Origin: Auanema rhodensis
Taxonomy: Eukaryota > Animalia > Nematoda
NCBI GenBank assembly: GCA_964057225.1
Contig: OZ059896.1
Coordinates: 19,468,001-19,532,000, forward strand
Reading direction: 5' to 3'
Length of the DNA stretch: 64,000 nt
Part shown: positions 27,501 to 41,067 of the stretch, in pieces
Position numbering within the stretch: the stretch's first letter is position 1
Layout: every line of letters starts with the position of its first letter
Made by a program: the position numbers and the translations under genes
The notes under the pieces: model-generated
What the model saw: the letters and a program-made list of their open reading frames with translations, nothing else
Told to the model about the DNA's origin: nothing
Database searches by the model: none

Positions 27501-30186
27501 TCAGGGTGAAAATCGAGGATATAAGTGTGAACTTATATCAGTTGATATCTCGGTGCATTTTTAAGCTAGCGCAAATCTGATAACACAGATCGACGCAGCT
27601 TAAAAATCCGCATCGAATGCACTATACTACATTGAGAAACGCTTAATACAAAAATTAGTTATGATCGTTTGAAAAATGATGCATTAGTGTATGTTGAGTT
27701 TCCATGTACACTCAACATTGCTTCCAAAAACATTTTGACAAAAATTTTTTCGAAAAATTTCTAAATAATTTAGCAAAAAGTAGATGTTCTTAGATTCTTT
27801 TTTTCAAGGCAAAGACGATGGACAATGTTATTCAACGAAAAAATTAATTCTTCAGGGTGAAAATCGAGGATATAAGTGTGAACTTATATCAGTTGATATC
27901 TCGGTGCATTTTTAAGCTAGCGCAAATCTGATAACACAGATCGACGCAGCTTAAAAATCCGCATCGAATGCACTTTACTACATTGAGAAACGCTTAATAC
28001 AAAAATAAGTTATGATCGTTTGAAAAATGATGCATTAGTGTATGTTGAGTTTCCATGTACACTCAACATTGCTTCCAAAAACATTTTGACAAAAATTTTT
28101 TCGAAAAATTTCGAAATAATTTAGCAAAAAGTAGATGTTTTTAGATTCCTTTTTTCAAGGCAAAGACGATGGACAATGTTATTCAACGAAAAAATTAATT
28201 CTTCAGGGTGAAAATCGAGGATATAAGTGTGAACTTATATCAGTTGATATCTCGGTGCATTTTTAAGCTAGCGCAAATCTGATAACACAGATCGACGCAG
28301 CTTAAAAATCCGCATCGAATGCACTATACTACATTGAGAAACGCTTAATACAAAAATTAGTTATGATCGTTTGAAAAATGATGCATTAGTGTATGTTGAG
28401 TTTCCATGTACACTCAACATTGCTTCCAAAAACATTTTGACAAAAATTTTTTCGAAAAATTTCTAAATAATTTAGCAAAAAGTAGATGTTTTTAGATTCT
28501 TTTTTTCAAGGCAAAGACGATGGACAATGTTATTCAACGAAAAAATTAATTCTTCAGGGTGAAAATCGAGGATATAAGTGTGAACTTATATCAGTTGATA
28601 TCTCGGTGCATTTTTAAGCTAGCGCAAATCTGATAACACAGATCGACGCAGCTTAAAAATCCGCATCGAATGCACTATACTACATTGAGAAACGCTTAAT
28701 ACAAAAATTAGTTATGATCGTTTGAAAAATGATGCATTAGTGTATGTTGAGTTTCCATGTACACTCAACATTGCTTCCAAAAACATTTTGACAAAAATTT
28801 TTTCAAAAAATTTCAAAATAATTTAGCAAAAAGTAGATGTTTTTAGATTCCTTTTTTCAAGGCAAAGACGATGGACAATGTTATTCAACGAAAAAATTAA
28901 TTCTTCAGGGTGAAAATCGAGGATATAAGTGTGAACTTATATCAGTTGATATCTCGGTGCATTTTTAAGCTAGCGCAAATCTGATAACACAGATCGACGC
29001 AGCTTAAAAATCCGCATCGAATGCACTTTACTACATTGAGAAACGCTTAATACAAAAATTAGTTATGATCGTTTGAAAAATGATGCATTAGTGTATGTTG
29101 AGTTTCCATGTACACTCAACATTGCTTCCAAAAACATTTTGACAAAAATTTTTTCGAAAAATTTCGAAATAATTTAGCAAAAAGTAGATGTTTTTAGATT
29201 CCTTTTTTCAAGGCAAAGACGATGGACAATGTTATTCAACGAAAAAATTAATTCTTCAGGGTGAAAATCGAGGATATAAGTGTGAACTTATATCAGTTGA
29301 TATCTCGGTGCATTTTTAAGCTAGCGCAAATCTGATAACACAGATCGACGCAGCTTAAAAATCCGCATCGAATGCACTATACTACATTGAGAAACGCTTA
29401 ATACAAAAATTAGTTATGATCGTTTGAAAAATGATGCATTAGTGTATGTTGAGTTTCCATGTACACTCAACATTGCTTCCAAAAACATTTTGACAAAAAT
29501 TTTTTCGAAAAATTTCTAAATAATTTAGCAAAAAGTAGATGTTTTTAGATTCTTTTTTTCAAGGCAAAGACGATGGACAATGTTATTCAACGAAAAAATT
29601 AATTCTTCAGGGTGAAAATCGAGGATATAAGTGTGAACTTATATCAGTTGATATCTCGGTGCATTTTTAAGCTAGCGCAAATCTGATAACACAGATCGAC
29701 GCAGCTTAAAAATCCGCATCGAATGCACTATACTACATTGAGAAACGCTTAATACAAAAATTTGTTATGATCGTTTGAAAAATGATGCATTAGTGTATGT
29801 TGAGTTTCCATGTACACTCAACATTGCTTCCAAAAACATTTTGACAAAAATTTTTTCAAAAAATTTCAAAATAATTTAGCAAAAAGTAGATGTTTTTAGA
29901 TTCCTTTTTTCAAGGCAAAGACGATGGACAATGTTATTCAACGAAAAAATTAATTCTTCAGGGTGAAAATCGAGGATATAAGTGTGAACTTATATCAGTT
30001 GATATCTCGGTGCATTTTTAAGCTAGCGCAAATCTGATAACACAGATCGACGCAGCTTAAAAATCCGCATCGAATGCACTATACTACATTGAGAAACGCT
30101 TAATACAAAAATTAGTTATGATCGTTTGAAAAATGATGCATTAGTGTATGTTGAGTTTCCATGTACACTCAACATTGCTTCCAAAA

Positions 30187-33100
30187 ACATTTTGACAAAA
30201 ATTTTTTCAAAAAATTTCAAAATAATTTAGCAAAAAGTAGATGTTTTTAGATTCCTTTTTTCAAGGCAAAGACGATGGACAATGTTATTCAACGAAAAAA
30301 TTAATTCTTCAGGGTGAAAATCGAGGATATAAGTGTGAACTTATATCAGTTGATATCTCGGTGCATTTTTAAGCTAGCGCAAATCTGATAACACAGATCG
30401 ACGCAGCTTAAAAATCCGCATCGAATGCACTATACTACATTGAGAAACGCTTAATACAAAAATTTGTTATGATCGTTTGAAAAATGATGCATTAGTGTAT
30501 GTTGAGTTTCCATGTACACTCAACATTGCTTCCAAAAACATTTTGACAAAAATTTTTTCGAAAAATTTCTAAATAATTTAGCAAAAAGTAGATGTTTTTA
30601 GATTCTTTTTTTCAAGGCAAAGACGATGGACAATGTTATTCAACGAAAAAATTAATTCTTCAGGGTGAAAATCGAGGATATAAGTGTGAACTTATATCAG
30701 TTGATATCTCGGTGCATTTTTAAGCTAGCGCAAATCTGATAACACAGATCGACGCAGCTTAAAAATCCGCATCGAATGCACTATACTACATTGAGAAACG
30801 CTTAATACAAAAATTAGTTATGATCGTTTGAAAAATGATGCATTAGTGTATGTTGAGTTTCCATGTACACTCAACATTGCTTCCAAAAACATTTTGACAA
30901 AAATTTTTTCGAAAAATTTCAAAATAATTTAGCAAAAAGTAGATGTTCTTAGATTCCTTTTTTCAAGGCAAAGACGATGGACATTGTTATTCAACGAAAA
31001 AATTAATTCTTCAGGGTGAAAATCGAGGATATAAGTGTGAACTTATATCAGTTGATATATCGGTGCATTTTTAAGCTAGCGCAAATCTGATAACACATAT
31101 CGACGCAGCTTAAAAATCCGCATCGAATGCACTATACTACATTGAGAAACGCTTAATACAAAAATTAGTTATGATCGTTTGAAAAATGATGCATTAGTGT
31201 ATGTTGAGTTTCCATGTACACTCAACATTGCTTCCAAAAACATTTTGACAAAAATTTTTTCGAAAAATTTCAAAATAATTTAGCAAAAAGTAGATGTTTT
31301 TAGATTCTTTTTTTCAAGGCAAAGACGATGGACAATGTTATTCAACGAAAAAATTAATTCTTCAGGGTGAAAATCGAGGATATAAGTGTGAACTTATATC
31401 AGTTGATATCTCGGTGCATTTTTAAGCTAGCGCAAATCTGATAACACAGATCGACGCAGCTTAAAAATCCGCATCGAATGCACTTTACTACATTGAGAAA
31501 CGCTTAATACAAAAATTAGTTATGATCGTTTGAAAAATGATGCATTAGTGTATGTTGAGTTTCCATGTACACTCAACATTGCTTCCAAAAACATTTTGAC
31601 AAAAATTTTTTCGAAAAATTTCAAAATAATTTAGCAAAAAGTAGATGTTTTTAGATTCCTTTTTTCAAGGCAAAGACGATGGACAATGTTATTCAACGAA
31701 AAAATTAATTCTTCAGGGTGAAAATCGAGGATATAAGTGTGAACTTATATCAGTTGATATCTCGGTGCATTTTTAAGCTAGCGCAAATCTGATAACACAG
31801 ATCGACGCAGCTTAAAAATCCGCATCGAATGCACTATACTACATTGAGAAACGCTTAATACAAAAATTAGTTATGATCGTTTGAAAAATGATGCATTAGT
31901 GTGTGTTGAGTTTCCATGTACACTCAACATTGCTTCCAAAAACATTTTGACAAAAATTTTTTCGAAAAATTTCTAAATAATTTAGCAAAAAGTAGATGTT
32001 TTTAGATTCTTTTTCTCAAGGCAAAGACGATGGACAATGTTATTCAACGAAAAAATTAATTCTTCAGGGTGAAAATCGAGGATATAAGTGTGAACTTATA
32101 TCAGTTGATATCTCGGTGCATTTTTAAGCTAGCGCAAATCTGATAACACAGATCGACGCAGCTTAAAAATCCGCATCGAATGCACTATACTACATTGAGA
32201 AACGCTTAATACAAAAATTAGTTATGATCGTTTGAAAAATGATGCATTAGTGTATGTTGAGTTTCCATGTACACTCAACATTGCTTCCAAAAACATTTTG
32301 ACAAAAATTTTTTCGAAAAATTTCAAAATAATTTAGCAAAAAGTAGATGTTTTTAGATTCCTTTTTTCAAGGCAATGACGATGGACAATGTTATTCAACG
32401 AAAAAATTAATTCTTCAGGGTGAAAATCGAGGATATAAGTGTGAACTTATATCAGTTGATATATCGGTGCATTTTTAAGTTAGCGCAAATCTGATAACAC
32501 AGATCGACGCAGCTTACAAATCCGCATCGAATGCACTATACTACATTGAGAAACGCTTAATACAAAAATTAGTTATGATCGTTTGAAAAATGATGCATTA
32601 GTGTATGTTGAGTTTCCATGTACACTCAACATTGCTTCCAAAAACATTTTGACAAAAATTTTTTCGAAAAATTTCAAAATAATTTAGCAAAAAGTAGATG
32701 TTTTTAGATTCCTTTTTTCAAGGCAAAGACGATGGACAATGTTATTCAACGAAAAAATTAATTCTTCAGGGTGAAAATCGAGGATATAAGTGTGAACTTA
32801 TATCAGTTGATATCTCGGTGCATTTTTAAGCTAGCGCAAATCTGATAACACAGATCGACGCAGCTTAAAAATCCGCATCGAATGCACTATACTACATTGA
32901 GAAACGCTTAATACAAAAATTAGTTATGATCGTTTGAAAAATGATGCATTAGTGTATGTTGAGTTTCCATGTACACTCAACATTGCTTCCAAAAACATTT
33001 TGACAAAAATTTTTTCAAAAAATTTCAAAATAATTTAGCAAAAAGTAGATGTTTTTAGATTCCTTTTTTCAAGGCAAAGACGATGGACAATGTTATTCAA

Positions 33101-35451
33101 CGAAAAAATTAATTCTTCAGGGTGAAAATCGAGGATATAAGTGTGAACTTATATCAGTTGATATCTCGGTGCATTTTTAAGCTAGCGCAAATCTGATAAC
33201 ACAGATCGACGCAGCTTAAAAATCCGCATCGAATGCACTATACTACATTGAGAAACGCTTAATACAAAAATTTGTTATGATCGTTTGAAAAATGATGCAT
33301 TAGTGTATGTTGAGTTTCCATGTACACTCAACATTGCTTCCAAAAACATTTTGACAAAAATTTTTTCGAAAAATTTCTAAATAATTTAGCAAAAAGTAGA
33401 TGTTTTTAGATTCTTTTTTTCAAGGCAAAGACGATGGACAATGTTATTCAACGAAAAAATTAATTCTTCAGGGTGAAAATCGAGGATATAAGTGTGAACT
33501 TATATCAGTTGATATCTCGGTGCATTTTTAAGCTAGCGCAAATCTGATAACACAGATCGACGCAGCTTAAAAATCCGCATCGAATGCACTATACTACATT
33601 GAGAAACGCTTAATACAAAAATTAGTTATGATCGTTTGAAAAATGATGCATTAGTGTATGTTGAGTTTCCATGTACACTCAACATTGCTTCCAAAAACAT
33701 TTTGACAAAAATTTTTTCGAAAAATTTCAAAATAATTTAGCAAAAAGTAGATGTTCTTAGATTCCTTTTTTCAAGGCAAAGACGATGGACATTGTTATTC
33801 AACGAAAAAATTAATTCTTCAGGGTGAAAATCGAGGATATAAGTGTGAACTTATATCAGTTGATATCTCGGTGCATTTTTAAGCTAGCGCAAATCTGATA
33901 ACACAGATCGACGCAGCTTAAAAATCCGCATCGAATGCACTTTACTACATTGAGAAACGCTTAATACAAAAATTAGTTATGATCGTTTGAAAAATGATGC
34001 ATTAGTGTATGTTGAGTTTCCATGTACACTCAACATTGCTTCCAAAAACATTTTGACAAAAATTTTTTCGAAAAATTTCAAAATAATTTAGCAAAAAGTA
34101 GATGTTTTTAGATTCCTTTTTTCAAGGCAAAGACGATGGACAATGTTATTCAACGAAAAAATTAATTCTTCAGGGTGAAAATCGAGGATATAAGTGTGAA
34201 CTTATATCAGTTGATATCTCGGTGCATTTTTAAGCTAGCGCAAATCTGATAACACAGATCGACGCAGCTTAAAAATCCGCATCGAATGCACTATACTACA
34301 TTGAGAAACGCTTAATACAAAAATTAGTTATGATCGTTTGAAAAATGATGCATTAGTGTGTGTTGAGTTTCCATGTACACTCAACATTGCTTCCAAAAAC
34401 ATTTTGACAAAAAATTTTTCGAAAAATTTCTAAATAATTTAGCAAAAAGTAGATGTTTTTAGATTCTTTTTTTCAAGGCAAAGACGATGGACAATGTTAT
34501 TCAACGAAAAAATTAATTCTTCAGGGTGAAAATCGAGGATATAAGTGTGAACTTATATCAGTTGATATCTCGGTGCATTTTTAAGCTAGCGCAAATCTGA
34601 TAACACAGATCGACGCAGCTTAAAAATCCGCATCGAATGCACTATACTACATTGAGAAACGCTTAATACAAAAATTAGTTATGATCGTTTGAAAAATGAT
34701 GCATTAGTGTATGTTGAGTTTCCATGTACACTCAACATTGCTTCCAAAAACATTTTGACAAAAATTTTTTCGAAAAATTTCAAAATAATTTAGCAAAAAG
34801 TAGATGTTTTTAGATTCCTTTTTTCAAGGCAATGACGATGGACAATGTTATTCAACGAAAAAATTAATTCTTCAGGGTGAAAATCGAGGATATAAGTGTG
34901 AACTTATATCAGTTGATATATCGGTGCATTTTTAAGTTAGCGCAAATCTGATAACACAGATCGACGCAGCTTACAAATCCGCATCGAATGCACTATACTA
35001 CATTGAGAAACGCTTAATACAAAAATTAGTTATGATCGTTTGAAAAATGATGCATTAGTGTATGTTGAGTTTCCATGTACACTCAACATTGCTTCCAAAA
35101 ACATTTTGACAAAAATTTTTTCGAAAAATTTCAAAATAATTTAGCAAAAAGTAGATGTTTTTAGATTCCTTTTTTCAAGGCAAAGACGATGGACAATGTT
35201 ATTCAACGAAAAAATTAATTCTTCAGGGTGAAAATCGAGGATATAAGTGTGAACTTATATCAGTTGATATCTCGGTGCATTTTTAAGCTAGCGCAAATCT
35301 GATAACACAGATCGACGCAGCTTAAAAATCCGCATCGAATGCACTATACTACATTGAGAAACGCTTAATACAAAAATTAGTTATGATCGTTTGAAAAATG
35401 ATGCATTAGTGTATGTTGAGTTTCCATGTACACTCAACATTGCTTCCAAAA
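30187..35451. repeat. 8-monomer block followed by a 7-monomer copy of it
   Basis: M87-94 vs M95-101: G23A+A279T in M87/M95, A313G in M91/M98, A85T+C188T+A225C in M93/M100. M97 replaces M89+M90. Confidence 0.78.
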
Positions 35452-38400
35452 ACATTTTGACAAAAATTTTTTCGAAAAATTTCTAAATAATTTAGCAAAA
35501 AGTAGATGTTTTTAGATTCTTTTTTTCAAGGCAAAGACGATGGACAATGTTATTCAACGAAAAAATTAATTCTTCAGGGTGAAAATCGAGGATATAAGTG
35601 TGAACTTATATCAGTTGATATCTCGGTGCATTTTTAAGCTAGCGCAAATCTGATAACACAGATCGACGCAGCTTAAAAATCCGCATCGAATGCACTTTAC
35701 TACATTGAGAAACGCTTAATACAAGAATTAGTTATGATCGTTTGAAAAATGATGCATTAGTGTATGTTGAGTTTCCATGTACACTCAACATTGCTTCCAA
35801 AAACATTTTGACAAAAATTTTTTCGAAAAATTTCAAAATAATTTAGCAAAAAGTAGATGTTTTTAGATTCCTTTTTTCAAGGCAATGACGATGGACAATG
35901 TTATTCAACGAAAAAATTAATTCTTCAGGGTGAAAATCGAGGATATAAGTGTGAACTTATATCAGTTGATATATCGGTGCATTTTTAAGTTAGCGCAAAT
36001 CTGATAACACAGATCGACGCAGCTTACAAATCCGCATCGAATGCACTATACTACATTGAGAAACGCTTAATACAAAAATTAGTTATGATCGTTTGAAAAA
36101 TGATGCATTAGTGTATGTTGAGTTTCCATGTACACTCAACATTGCTTCCAAAAACATTTTGACAAAAATTTTTTCGAAAAATTTCTAAATAATTTAGCAA
36201 AAAGTAGATGTTTTTAGATTCTTTTTTTCAAGGCAAAGACGATGGACAATGTTATTCAACGAAAAAATTAATTCTTCAGGGTGAAAATCGAGGATATAAG
36301 TGTGAACTTATATCAGTTGATATCTCGGTGCATTTTTAAGCTAGCGCAAATCTGATAACACAGATCGACGCAGCTTAAAAATCCGCATCGAATGCACTAT
36401 ACTACATTGAGAAACGCTTAATACAAAAATTAGTTATGATCGTTTGAAAAATGATGCATTAGTGTATGTTGAGTTTCCATGTACACTCAACATTGCTTCC
36501 AAAAACATTTTGACAAAAATTTTTTCGAAAAATTTCAAAATAATTTAGCAAAAAGTAGATGTTTTTAGATTCCTTTTTTCAAGGCAATGACGATGGACAA
36601 TGTTATTCAACGAAAAAATTAATTCTTCAGGGTGAAAATCGAGGATATAAGTGTGAACTTATATCAGTTGATATATCGGTGCATTTTTAAGCTAGCGCAA
36701 ATCTGATAACACATATCGACGCAGCTTAAAAATCCGCATCGAATGCACTATACTACATTGAGAAACGCTTAATACAAAAATTAGTTATGATCGTTTGAAA
36801 AATGATGCATTAGTGTATGTTGAGTTTCCATGTACACTCAACATTGCTTCCAAAAACATTTTGACAAAAATTTTTTCGAAAAATTTCAAAATAATTTAGC
36901 AAAAAGTAGATGTTTTTAGATTCTTTTTTTCAAGGCAAAGACGATGGACAATGTTATTCAACGAAAAAATTAATTCTTCAGGGTGAAAATCGAGGATATA
37001 AGTGTGAACTTATATCAGTTGATATCTCGGTGCATTTTTAAGCTAGCGCAAATCTGATAACACAGATCGACGCAGCTTAAAAATCCGCATCGAATGCACT
37101 TTACTACATTGAGAAACGCTTAATACAAAAATTAGTTATGATCGTTTGAAAAATGATGCATTAGTGTATGTTGAGTTTCCATGTACACTCAACATTGCTT
37201 CCAAAAACATTTTGACAAAAATTTTTTCGAAAAATTTCAAAATAATTTAGCAAAAAGTAGATGTTTTTAGATTCCTTTTTTCAAGGCAAAGACGATGGAC
37301 AATGTTATTCAACGAAAAAATTAATTCTTCAGGTTGAAAATCGAGGATATAAGTGTGAACTTATATCAGTTGATATCTCGGTGCATTTTTAAGCTAGCGC
37401 AAATCTGATAACACAGATCGACGCAGCTTAAAAATCCGCATCGAATGCACTATACTACATTGAGAAACGCTTAATACAAAAATTAGTTATGATCGTTTGA
37501 AAAATGATGCATTAGTGTATGTTGAGTTTCCATGTACACTCAACATTGCTTCCAAAAACATTTTGACAAAAATTTTTTCGAAAAATTTCTAAATAATTTA
37601 GCAAAAAGTAGATGTTTTTAGATTCTTTTTTTCAAGGCAAAGACGATGGACAATGTTATTCAACGAAAAAATTAATTCTTCAGGGTGAAAATCGAGGATA
37701 TAAGTGTGAACTTATATCAGTTGATATCTCGGTGCATTTTTAAGCTAGCGCAAATCTGATAACACAGATCGACGCAGCTTAAAAATCCGCATCGAATGCA
37801 CTATACTACATTGAGAAACGCTTAATACAAAAATTAGTTATGATCGTTTGAAAAATGATGCATTAGTGTATGTTGAGTTTCCATGTACACTCAACATTGC
37901 TTCCAAAAACATTTTGACAAAAATTTTTTCGAAAAATTTCAAAATAATTTAGCAAAAAGTAGATGTTCTTAGATTCTTTTTTTCAAGGCAAAGACGATGG
38001 ACATTGTTATTCAACGAAAAAATTAATTCTTCAGGGTGAAAATCGAGGATATAAGTGTGAACTTATATCAGTTGATATATCGGTGCATTTTTAAGCTAGC
38101 GCAAATCTGATAACACAGATCGACGCAGCTTAAAAATCCGCATCGAATGCACTATACTACATTGAGAAACGCTTAATACAAAAATTAGTTATGATCGTTT
38201 GAAAAATGATGCATTAGTGTATGTTGAGTTTCCATGTACACTCAACATTGCTTCCAAAAACATTTTGACAAAAATTTTTTCGAAAAATTTCCAAATAATT
38301 TAGCAAAAAGTAGATGTTTTTAGATTCTTTTTTTCAAGGCAAAGACGATGGACAATGTTATTCAACGAAAAAATTAATTCTTCAGGGTGAAAATCGAGGA

Positions 38401-41067
38401 TATAAGTGTGAACTTATATCAGTTGATATCTCGGTGCATTTTTAAGCTAGCGCAAATCTGATAACACATATCGACGCAGCTTAAAAATCCGCATCGAATG
38501 CACTATACTACATTGAGAAACGCTTAATACAAAAATTAGTTATGATCGTTTGAAAAATGATGCATTAGTGTATGTTGAGTTTCCATGTACACTCAACATT
38601 GCTTCCAAAAACATTTTGACAAAAATTTTTTCGAAAAATTTCAAAATAATTTAGCAAAAAGTAGATGTTTTTAGATTCTTTTTTTCAAGGCAAAGACGAT
38701 GGACAATGTTATTCAACGAAAAAATTAATTCTTCAGGGTGAAAATCGAGGATATAAGTGTGAACTTATATCAGTTGATATCTCGGTGCATTTTTAAGCTA
38801 GCGCAAATCTGATAACACAGATCGACGCAGCTTAAAAATCCGCATCGAATGCACTATACTACATTGAGAAACGCTTAATACAAAAATTAGTTATGATCGT
38901 TTGAAAAATGATGCATTAGTGTATGTTGAGTTTCCATGTACACTCAACATTGCTTCCAAAAACATTTTGACAAAAATTTTTTCGAAAAATTTCTAAATAA
39001 TTTAGCAAAAAGTAGATGTTTTTAGATTCTTTTTTTCAAGGCAAAGACGATGGACAATGTTATTCAACGAAAAAATTAATTCTTCAGGGTGAAAATCGAG
39101 GATATAAGTGTGAACTTATATCAGTTGATATCTCGGTGCATTTTTAAGCTAGCGCAAATCTGATAACACAGATCGACGCAGCTTAAAAATCCGCATCGAA
39201 TGCACTATACTACATTGAGAAACGCTTAATACAAAAATTAGTTATGATCGTTTGAAAAATGATGCATTAGTGTATGTTGAGTTTCCATGTACACTCAACA
39301 TTGCTTCCAAAAACATTTTGACAAAAATTTTTTCGAAAAATTTCAAAATAATTTAGCAAAAAGTAGATGTTCTTAGATTCCTTTTTTCAAGGCAAAGACG
39401 ATGGACATTGTTATTCAACGAAAAAATTAATTCTTCAGGGTGAAAATCGAGGATATAAGTGTGAACTTATATCAGTTGATATCTCGGTGCATTTTTAAGC
39501 TAGCGCAAATCTGATAACACAGATCGACGCAGCTTAAAAATCCGCATCGAATGCACTATACTACATTGAGAAACGCTTAATACAAAAATTAGTTATGATC
39601 GTTTGAAAAATGATGCATTAGTGTATGTTGAGTTTCCATGTACACTCAACATTGCTTCCAAAAACATTTTGACAAAAATTTTTTCAAAAAATTTCAAAAT
39701 AATTTAGCAAAAAGTAGATGTTTTTAGATTCCTTTTTTCAAGGCAAAGACGATGGACAATGTTATTCAACGAAAAAATTAATTCTTCAGGGTGAAAATCG
39801 AGGATATAAGTGTGAACTTATATCAGTTGATATCTCGGTGCATTTTTAAGCTAGCGCAAATCTGATAACACAGATCGACGCAGCTTAAAAATCCGCATCG
39901 AATGCACTATACTACATTGAGAAACGCTTAATACAAGAATTAGTTATGATCGTTTGAAAAATGATGCATTAGTGTATGTTGAGTTTCCATGTACACTCAA
40001 CATTGCTTCCAAAAACATTTTGACAAAAAATTTTTCGAAAAATTTCAAAATAATTTAGCAAAAAGTAGATGTTTTTAGATTCCTTTTTTCAAGGCAAAGA
40101 CGATGGACAATGTTATTCAACGAAAAAATTAATTCTTCAGGGTGAAAATCGAGGATATAAGTGTGAACTTATATCAGTTGATATATCGGTGCATTTTTAA
40201 GCTAGCGCAAATCTGATAACACAGATCGACGCAGCTTAAAAATCCGCATCGAATGCACTATACTACATTGAGAAACGCTTAATACAAGAATTAGTTATGA
40301 TCGTTTGAAAAATGATGCATTAGTGTATGTTGAGTTTCCATGTACACTCAACATTGCTTCCAAAAACATTTTGACAAAAATTTTTTCAAAAAATTTCAAA
40401 ATAATTTAGCAAAAAGTAGATGTTTTTAGATTCCTTTTTTCAAGGCAAAGACGATGGACAATGTTATTCAACGAAAAAATTAATTCTTCAGGGTGAAAAT
40501 CGAGGATATAAGTGTGAACTTATATCAGTTGATATCTCGGTGCATTTTTAAGCTAGCGCAAATCTGATAACACAGATCGACGCAGCTTAAAAATCCGCAT
40601 CGAATGCACTTTACTACATTGAGAAACGCTTAATACAAAAATTAGTTATGATCGTTTGAAAAATGATGCATTAGTGTATGTTGAGTTTCCATGTACACTC
40701 AACATTGCTTCCAAAAACATTTTGACAAAAATTTTTTCGAAAAATTTCAAAATAATTTAGCAAAAAGTAGATGTTTTTAGATTCCTTTTTTCAAGGCAAA
40801 GACGATGGACAATGTTATTCAACGAAAAAATTAATTCTTCAGGGTGAAAATCGAGGATATAAGTGTGAACTTATATCAGTTGATATCTCGGTGCATTTTT
40901 AAGCTAGCGCAAATCTGATAACACAGATCGACGCAGCTTAAAAATCCGCATCGAATGCACTATACTACATTGAGAAAAGCTTAATACAAGAATTAGTTAT
41001 GATCGTTTGAAAAATGATGCATTAGTGTATGTTGAGTTTCCATGTACACTCAACATTGCTTCCAAAA

